A stretch of DNA of 32,000 nucleotides, taken from the NCBI GenBank assembly GCA_965219535.1, contig CBDCNV010000002.1:480001-512000 (forward strand). Direction: 5' to 3'. Positions 26,630 through 32,000 of this stretch are shown here, piece by piece (within the stretch, counting starts at the first letter, position 1; every line of letters starts with the position of its first letter). Under the pieces are notes generated by a model that did not search any database, had not been told where the DNA came from, and saw nothing but the letters and a program-made list of their open reading frames with translations. The position numbers were made by a program, and so were the translations under genes. The stretch comes from Opitutales bacterium. Lineage in GTDB: Bacteria; Verrucomicrobiota; Verrucomicrobiia; Opitutales; PNEW01.

Positions 26630-27229
26630 ATGTCTACAATAGAAATACCCTATATAAGTTCCCCGAGACCGGACACCGGATTGGTTAATGCCAAGCTCGG
26701 CATCTGGTTGTTTCTTGCTTCTGAAGTCATGCTCTTCGGCGGATTATTTTCTGCCTATATCCTGCTGCGTGTCGGCGCTGAATCCTGGCCGGAAGGTGCA
26801 TCTATTCTCAATGTACCGCTTGCAACACTGAATACAGTCGTGCTTATCACCTCCAGTATAACGATGGTTATGGCGTGGGCTTCACTGGTAAGGAAGGATA
26901 TTAATAAGTATCGGCTCTATAATTACGCGACCTTAGCCTGTGGGTTGATCTTTCTTGTGGTTAAATATTTTGAATACAGCGCGAAGTTCCATCATGGCCT
27001 TTTCCCTTCGGAGAGCACTTTTCTCGCCATCTATTTTACCCTCACCGGGCTGCATGGACTGCACGTTATAGGCGGCATGCTGACATTGGCCTATTTACAT
27101 TTTATAGGAGCGAAAATGTGGAAAACAGATCCAGTACGCTATACTGGTAGGGTGGAATGCGCTGGACTTTTCTGGCATCTTGTTGACCTCGTTTGGATCT
27201 TCCTTTTCCCGACACTTTATCTCATGTAA
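26630..27229 (+). CDS. ctaE: Cytochrome c oxidase subunit III
   Basis: 199 aa, 5 TM helices. GIWLFLASEVMLFGGLFSAY and FWHLVDLVWIFLFPTLYL motifs. Confidence 0.9.
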   Translation: MSTIEIPYISSPRPDTGLVNAKLGIWLFLASEVMLFGGLFSAYILLRVGAESWPEGASILNVPLATLNTVVLITSSITMVMAWASLVRKDINKYRLYNYATLACGLIFLVVKYFEYSAKFHHGLFPSESTFLAIYFTLTGLHGLHVIGGMLTLAYLHFIGAKMWKTDPVRYTGRVECAGLFWHLVDLVWIFLFPTLYLM

Positions 27230-27241
27230 GAGGAAAAAACT

Positions 27242-27559
27242 ATGGCAGAAAACTTAGAAGAACTTGATCAACATATACGGTCCTGCATCGCGATCTTTGT
27301 CGCCTTGTTATGTCTGACAATAATCACCGTTGCGGTTTCCTATTTGAACTTACCCATACCAGCGACAATTAGCCTCGCCCTGTGCATTGCGTTAATTAAA
27401 GGATCGATGGTTGTCTCTTACTTCATGCATTTAGTTTCAGAAAAAAAGCTCATTTTCTGGTCCCTCTCCCTGACAGGCGTATTCTTTATTATTCTCATGG
27501 TCCTTCCCGTCGTAACGGATCTGGATATCATCTCCCATACGATTACGGTTAACCATTAA
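27242..27559 (+). CDS. Cytochrome oxidase subunit IV-like small membrane protein
   Basis: 105 aa, 3 TM helices. Position after subunit III and the IKGSMVVSYFMHL motif are typical of the bacterial subunit IV family. Confidence 0.65.
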   Translation: MAENLEELDQHIRSCIAIFVALLCLTIITVAVSYLNLPIPATISLALCIALIKGSMVVSYFMHLVSEKKLIFWSLSLTGVFFIILMVLPVVTDLDIISHTITVNH

Positions 27560-27748
27560 ATGTCCTTAAAAATATTTCATATTTTTTTTATTACGATTTC
27601 ATTAATCCTCTGTTTCGGATTCGGTTGGTGGTCTTTCCAGCAATCAGGAGCCTATATTATTGTAGGCATTGGATCAATTGCCGCAGGGATTGCGCTGTTT
27701 TTCTATGGCAATTACTTTTTGAATAAAATGCAGAATCTACTACCATGA
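27560..27748 (+). CDS. Small 2-TM membrane protein, unknown function
   Basis: 62 aa. Its ATG directly follows the subunit IV stop (TAAATG). Its own stop overlaps the next start (ATGA at 27745-27748). Confidence 0.45.
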   Translation: MSLKIFHIFFITISLILCFGFGWWSFQQSGAYIIVGIGSIAAGIALFFYGNYFLNKMQNLLP

Positions 27749-28008
27749 GATATAAATTCCGCAGTCTTTTAAATAGCTTAACTTTTGCTTGCCTGTCCCT
27801 CACCACACATCCACTCCTGGCATGTAGCAGTTGCTTCAGCACAGGAACGGGAAATATGGCCGAAGGGGCCAATATGGCAATTCTCTCCCTCTATTTAGTT
27901 ATTTCAATTTTACTCTGCGGCTTTGCAGCGTTTTTTATTTATCTGTGGAAAAAATCTAGAGATTATTCACTTCAAGGTTCAAATTCCGAATTAAAAAAAG
28001 GTCGATGA
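27745..28008 (+). CDS. Small putative lipoprotein or membrane protein with a CSSC motif
   Basis: 87 aa. Leader ends in LLAC (lipobox-like), followed immediately by SSC to give C-S-S-C. One C-terminal TM helix. Both ends overlap neighbours by ATGA. Confidence 0.45.
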   Translation: MRYKFRSLLNSLTFACLSLTTHPLLACSSCFSTGTGNMAEGANMAILSLYLVISILLCGFAAFFIYLWKKSRDYSLQGSNSELKKGR

Positions 28009-28799
28009 TGGAACAACCAATGCAAAATTTCTTCGGGATGCCCTGGCTTCCGATTGATGTTTCAGAGCACGGGGCGGCGCTCGATAGTTTAAACTGGTGG
28101 GTTCACTTGTTAGCGATTATCCTTTTTGTAGGATGGACAGTATATTTTATTTATGTCCTTTTCCGATTTAGGCAGTCACGTAACCCCCAGGCCAGTTACG
28201 AAGGGACAGAATCACATATGGGCACTTATGTGGAAATAGGTGTTATTGTTGCTGAAATTGTCCTACTCGCAGGCTTCTCCATTCCGCTCTGGGCACAATG
28301 GACTGACGATTTCCCCGAGGAATCAGAATCGGTGGTTATTCGTGTCGTGGCTGAGCAGTTTGCCTGGAATTTTCATTATTCGGGAACTGACGGGGTCTTT
28401 GGCAATACCTCCCCTGAGCTGATCGATGTTCAGATCAATCCTCTTGGCTTGGATATGGACGATCCCAATGCGGCAGATGATGTTGTCGCTAAACGTCTCT
28501 TTCTACCCGTAGACAAACCGATAATCACACATCTCCTCTCGAAGGATGTCATACACAGTTTTGGTATTCCCGCGATGAGGGTGAAACAAGACATTATGCC
28601 CGGTTCGAGTATTCCCGTAACTTTCAAAGTTCTTCAAACAGGGAAATATCTCATTGCCTGCAGCCAGTTATGTGGCACCGGTCACTCCACTATGCGCGGA
28701 TTTATCGAAGTCATGAGCCAGGATGATTATGCAAATTGGTTAAATCGCGAAGTAGAGAAAGCAAAAGCGCAGGCGGAGATGGGTGATGACTTATGGTAA
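28005..28799 (+). CDS. ctaC: Cytochrome c oxidase subunit II (CuA domain, no fused cytochrome c)
   Basis: Two N-terminal TM helices, VIHSFGIPAMRVKQDIMPG and the CuA motif CSQLCGTGHSTM. Confidence 0.9.
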   Translation: MMEQPMQNFFGMPWLPIDVSEHGAALDSLNWWVHLLAIILFVGWTVYFIYVLFRFRQSRNPQASYEGTESHMGTYVEIGVIVAEIVLLAGFSIPLWAQWTDDFPEESESVVIRVVAEQFAWNFHYSGTDGVFGNTSPELIDVQINPLGLDMDDPNAADDVVAKRLFLPVDKPIITHLLSKDVIHSFGIPAMRVKQDIMPGSSIPVTFKVLQTGKYLIACSQLCGTGHSTMRGFIEVMSQDDYANWLNREVEKAKAQAEMGDDLW

Positions 28800-28852
28800 T
28801 TCATTTAGCTTATTTTCTCTCATTTTGAAATTATCATAATTGAAGGAACCGG

Positions 28853-30580
28853 ATCCTGAGCGGACATCGTAAAAGTTGTATCATTAAGTTTGTAATTTTC
28901 CTGGGTGTATTTTTAGCGGGAGCTACAGTACTCTTTGCGCAATCGCAGGAAGGCGGTGCAGATGTCGCTTACCGCGAATTTCCCTTTGTCGGTAGCCGGA
29001 TAGCCATCTGGGCAATAGGTGAACTGCATCTTATGTATGCGGCTTTCGTTTTAGCCGTTCCGATGTTTGCGCTGCTCATCGAGTATATTGGTTATAAGAC
29101 CGGAGATAAACGCTACGATAAACTGGCGCACGAGTTTACCAGTTTGTTGAGTGTTTCTTTTTCCTTCACCGCTACCCTGGGCGCGATCCTCACTTTTATG
29201 CTGATGATTCTCTATCCGAGATTTACGAGTTACCTGGTCTCCATTTTCGACAAGACTTTTTGGCCCTATGGATTGCTCTTTTTTGCGGAAGCGGGGTTTT
29301 TATACAGCTACTATTATGGATGGGGTAAATTCTCACCGCGTGTTCACCTGCTTTTGGGAGTAGGTCTGAATATCGTGGGAACTGCGATTATGTTCATCGC
29401 TAATGCCTGGCTCGCGTTTATGACATCTCCGAGTGGAATCGATGAGGCCGGTAATCTTATCAGCACCTGGGATGCGGTGAACAATTATATTTGGATGCCG
29501 ATAAATATTCATCGTGTCATTGCCAATGTTTGCTTTGGTGGAGCTATTGCCGCGGCCTATGCCGGGTTCAAGTTTTTAGGTGCGAAAACAAAGGAAGAGA
29601 AAGCGCACTATGATTGGATGGGCTATGTCGGTAACTTTATTGCTATTTCCGCTTTGCTTCCCTTGCCGTTTGCCGGATATTGGCTGGGTAGTGAAATCTA
29701 TGCATTCCGCGCACAGATGGGCATGGTTCTGATGGGAGGGGCGTTTTCCTGGCTCTTTATTATTCAAGCGGTTCTTATCGGGATGCTTTTTCTCGGGGCT
29801 AATTACTATTTATGGCTGGGAATGGAGCGAATAGAGGGTGCTGAGAAATATAAGAAATTTGTCAAATATCTCCTCGCGACAATCACCGTTTGCTTTGTTG
29901 TTTGGGCAACACCGCATTCTCTTGTCGCGACGGTGGAAGAAGCACGAAAAATGGGGGGAGCCCATCATCCGGTCCTTGGTATTTTAGGTGTGATGTCGGC
30001 TAAAAACACCGCGGTTAATATCATGATCCTAACAACCTATATCAGTTTCCTTCTCTACCGGCGAGGGAACAAAGTGGCTACGGTTTCATGGGCGCCGCTT
30101 GGTCACACAGCCCAATTTCTGATTTTCGCGGTTACGATAATTTTTGTTATTATCATTGGTGTCGTTGGTTATTTCGTCGAAGCCTCAGTACGGATCGGAC
30201 TTTCCGTTCCCCAGGTTATCTCTGTGCTATCCGCGATGATCGCCGTTACAATGATTGATGTATTCCTCTTTCGCAATGCGCGCATTGTCGGTCAGATTAG
30301 ATGGGGAGAGATCCCCGCCAGGGCGCAATACATGCTATTTTTCCTCGCTGTCACTTTTACCTGGCTGATGGGACTCATGGGCTACGTCCGTTCCGGCCTC
30401 CGCCTGCATTGGCATGTATACGAAGTGATGAAGGATACATCCGTTGACGCCTTTACCCCGACATTGGGATTCGCCGCCACCGTGGTTTCCAGTATCGTTA
30501 TCATCTTCTTCATCTTTATCATGTTTAATTTCTGGCTTACCGGGCTTCTTCACAAGAAAGATTGGGAACCCAAAACTTGA
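28853..30580 (+). CDS. CydA-like (cytochrome bd subunit I superfamily) membrane protein; start uncertain and non-canonical
   Basis: AIWAIGELHLMYAAFVLAVPMFALLIEYIGYKTGDKRYDKL aligns by eye to E. coli CydA helix 1, including the His19 position. FFAEAGFLY aligns to the Glu99/Glu107 region. NIHRVIANVCFGGAIAAAYAGFKFL aligns to the His186 region. There is no long Q-loop. The frame is open from 28844, but no ATG, GTG or TTG occurs before 29033. Confidence 0.7.
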   Translation: MLSGHRKSCIIKFVIFLGVFLAGATVLFAQSQEGGADVAYREFPFVGSRIAIWAIGELHLMYAAFVLAVPMFALLIEYIGYKTGDKRYDKLAHEFTSLLSVSFSFTATLGAILTFMLMILYPRFTSYLVSIFDKTFWPYGLLFFAEAGFLYSYYYGWGKFSPRVHLLLGVGLNIVGTAIMFIANAWLAFMTSPSGIDEAGNLISTWDAVNNYIWMPINIHRVIANVCFGGAIAAAYAGFKFLGAKTKEEKAHYDWMGYVGNFIAISALLPLPFAGYWLGSEIYAFRAQMGMVLMGGAFSWLFIIQAVLIGMLFLGANYYLWLGMERIEGAEKYKKFVKYLLATITVCFVVWATPHSLVATVEEARKMGGAHHPVLGILGVMSAKNTAVNIMILTTYISFLLYRRGNKVATVSWAPLGHTAQFLIFAVTIIFVIIIGVVGYFVEASVRIGLSVPQVISVLSAMIAVTMIDVFLFRNARIVGQIRWGEIPARAQYMLFFLAVTFTWLMGLMGYVRSGLRLHWHVYEVMKDTSVDAFTPTLGFAATVVSSIVIIFFIFIMFNFWLTGLLHKKDWEPKT

Positions 30581-30589
30581 TCTGCAGAG

Positions 30590-31408
30590 ATGAAGAATGT
30601 AATTAATATATTTGTCTTAACGATCTTAACCACTCTCTTTTATTGGTATGTGGCGCAAATGGTCCCGCAAAAGGAGACACATCCACCTGAAAGTGCAGAA
30701 GTTCGGGAAGACATGAGCACTGCAGAAATGATCGTTGCCGGGGAAAAGATATCTACGGGTAAAGGGACCTGTTTTCTTTGTCATACGATGGGTTCTGAAG
30801 GCTCACGCGCACCGGATCTAGCTGGTGTAGGGCAGCGAGCGACTACGCGTATAGAGGGCTATAGTGACATTGACTATTTAGCTGAATCCCTTTTTGAACC
30901 GTCAGCCTATGTCGTGGATGGCTATAACCCCATTATGACACCCGCGCATAAAGCACCGATTAGTTTAACCCAACCGGAAGTTTTAGCGGTAGTCGCATAC
31001 CTTCAAAGTTTAGGGGGTTCCCCAACCGTTACGATGAAGACAAAATTGAAATACTCAGCCGATGCATCAGCGACTCCGGCACCAACGGCAGTGGCGAGCA
31101 GTGATGGAACTGCGGTTTCCTATGATCATCTCAGCGGGGAGGAGCTATTTAATAAGTACGCCTGTATGGCTTGCCACAGCCTGACTGACCCGATTCAACT
31201 GCTCGGCCCAAGTCTCTATGATGTAGGCAATAGATTGAGCAAGGCGGAAATCTATGAAGCTATTATCGATCCCGATGCGGTGGTTAACGAGGGTTTTGTT
31301 AAAGGAATAATGAGCGCCACGATCCAAGGGGCTGGATTTGATAAGGATGTTACTCCCCAACAACTGAGAAAAATGGTGGAATTTCTATCGGAGAAAAAAG
31401 GCAGTTAG
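30590..31408 (+). CDS. Membrane-anchored di-heme c-type cytochrome
   Basis: N-terminal TM helix and two CXXCH motifs (CFLCH, CMACH) separated by an Ala/Thr/Pro linker. Confidence 0.85.
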   Translation: MKNVINIFVLTILTTLFYWYVAQMVPQKETHPPESAEVREDMSTAEMIVAGEKISTGKGTCFLCHTMGSEGSRAPDLAGVGQRATTRIEGYSDIDYLAESLFEPSAYVVDGYNPIMTPAHKAPISLTQPEVLAVVAYLQSLGGSPTVTMKTKLKYSADASATPAPTAVASSDGTAVSYDHLSGEELFNKYACMACHSLTDPIQLLGPSLYDVGNRLSKAEIYEAIIDPDAVVNEGFVKGIMSATIQGAGFDKDVTPQQLRKMVEFLSEKKGS

Positions 31409-32000
31409 ATGAATTACATTATCATACCCCTGGTCTTGTTCGTTTTATTGGTCTTACATTTACTCAGCAGGTATAAAAAGTTCTCCTTCATTAACTCACT
31501 CTTTTGGGCAGTAGCGTGGTGGATTGCTATTTATGTGATTTTAAAAAACGCGATTTTACCACCGCTTCCATCCTCTATTGTACAGATGTTTATGGCGATC
31601 ATTACGATTGCGCTCTTCTTTTATATCACGGCAGATACCCAGCGATTAAAGGAAACCATTCATCCGATTATTCAATTTCTCGTTAATCGAAAATTTACAC
31701 TACCTCTAGGTATCGTGATTATAATCATTCCGTTGCTTGTCGCGGGGAAGGTTTATTTGGGTTCCCAGGTAAAAATTGTTGCCCCGGTATTTGGTCGAAG
31801 TATCCATCCCGCACCGCCAACGGAAATTAATTATCAAGGCAGACAGTTAATGCTTAATGACCTTGAAAATCCGTATCGTCATTTAGAGACGGATAACCCC
31901 GCCGAGTTTCAGGAACACGTTGAAGAAGGCCGTAAAGTATATTACAATAATTGTGTTTTCTGCCATGGTGACACCTTGGACGGGAAAGGAATTTTTGCCC
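31409..32000 (+). CDS. Membrane-bound c-type cytochrome, 3' end beyond the window
   Basis: Absent from the track because it runs off the edge. My translation from ATG 31409 (one base after the previous stop) gives MNYIIIPLVLFVLLVLHLL... with about 4 hydrophobic helices. It then reads EEGRKVYYNNCVFCHGDTLDGKG (CXXCH) with no stop to 32000. Confidence 0.7.
   Translation, partial: MNYIIIPLVLFVLLVLHLLSRYKKFSFINSLFWAVAWWIAIYVILKNAILPPLPSSIVQMFMAIITIALFFYITADTQRLKETIHPIIQFLVNRKFTLPLGIVIIIIPLLVAGKVYLGSQVKIVAPVFGRSIHPAPPTEINYQGRQLMLNDLENPYRHLETDNPAEFQEHVEEGRKVYYNNCVFCHGDTLDGKGIFA

Noticed and set aside
1-32000. Scan for tRNA, rRNA, CRISPR arrays, prophage or defence-system gene signatures
   Set aside because: I found no cloverleaf-like intergenic sequences and no regularly spaced direct repeats. 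I also saw no nuclease, ATPase, methylase or toxin-antitoxin-type ORFs. The only intergenic gaps longer than 200 bp are AT-rich promoter regions (10436-10683, 23595-23987) or contain the elements already listed.

Overview
This 32-kb bacterial chromosomal window is densely coded. I saw no rRNA, tRNA or CRISPR array. Gene content gives a weak hint of a marine PVC-type (Verrucomicrobiota- or Planctomycetota-like) organism: DUF4838-like, DUF1223, secreted Ig-like YQWY proteins and an unusual cox gene order.

Left third (minus strand): a truncated MDR dehydrogenase and an HpcH-type aldolase are separated by an IS110-family insertion sequence. The IS has a highly structured 300-nt leader (bridge-RNA candidate), a frameshifted transposase C-terminus, and a 14-bp perfect inverted repeat on its flanks. 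Next come two large paralogous secreted proteins of unknown function. They bracket a three-gene cassette: an acidic-loop membrane protein, a frameshifted DapA/KdgD-like aldolase and a uronate-dehydrogenase-like SDR.

Middle: a class III nucleotidyl cyclase with a near-consensus sigma-54 promoter, a DUF4838-like protein, RidA and an HD hydrolase. A tight six-gene plus-strand operon follows, led by a phosphonoacetate-hydrolase-like enzyme with four redox enzymes, an amidohydrolase and a MOSC protein. It lacks the canonical phnW/phnY partners.

Right third is respiratory. It holds DUF1223, an azurin-like cupredoxin, a cytochrome c whose heme motif reads CXXCQ, and an amicyanin-loop cupredoxin. 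The aa3-type oxidase is ordered coxI-coxIII-coxIV-two small ORFs-coxII. Last comes a CydA-like membrane protein with no canonical start codon and no cydB, followed by c-type cytochromes.

The most interesting candidates are the CydA-like/cytochrome c module, the non-canonical PhnA operon, the IS110 plus putative bridge RNA, and the paralogous secreted protein pair. All functional calls come from motif recognition by eye. No database search was run.
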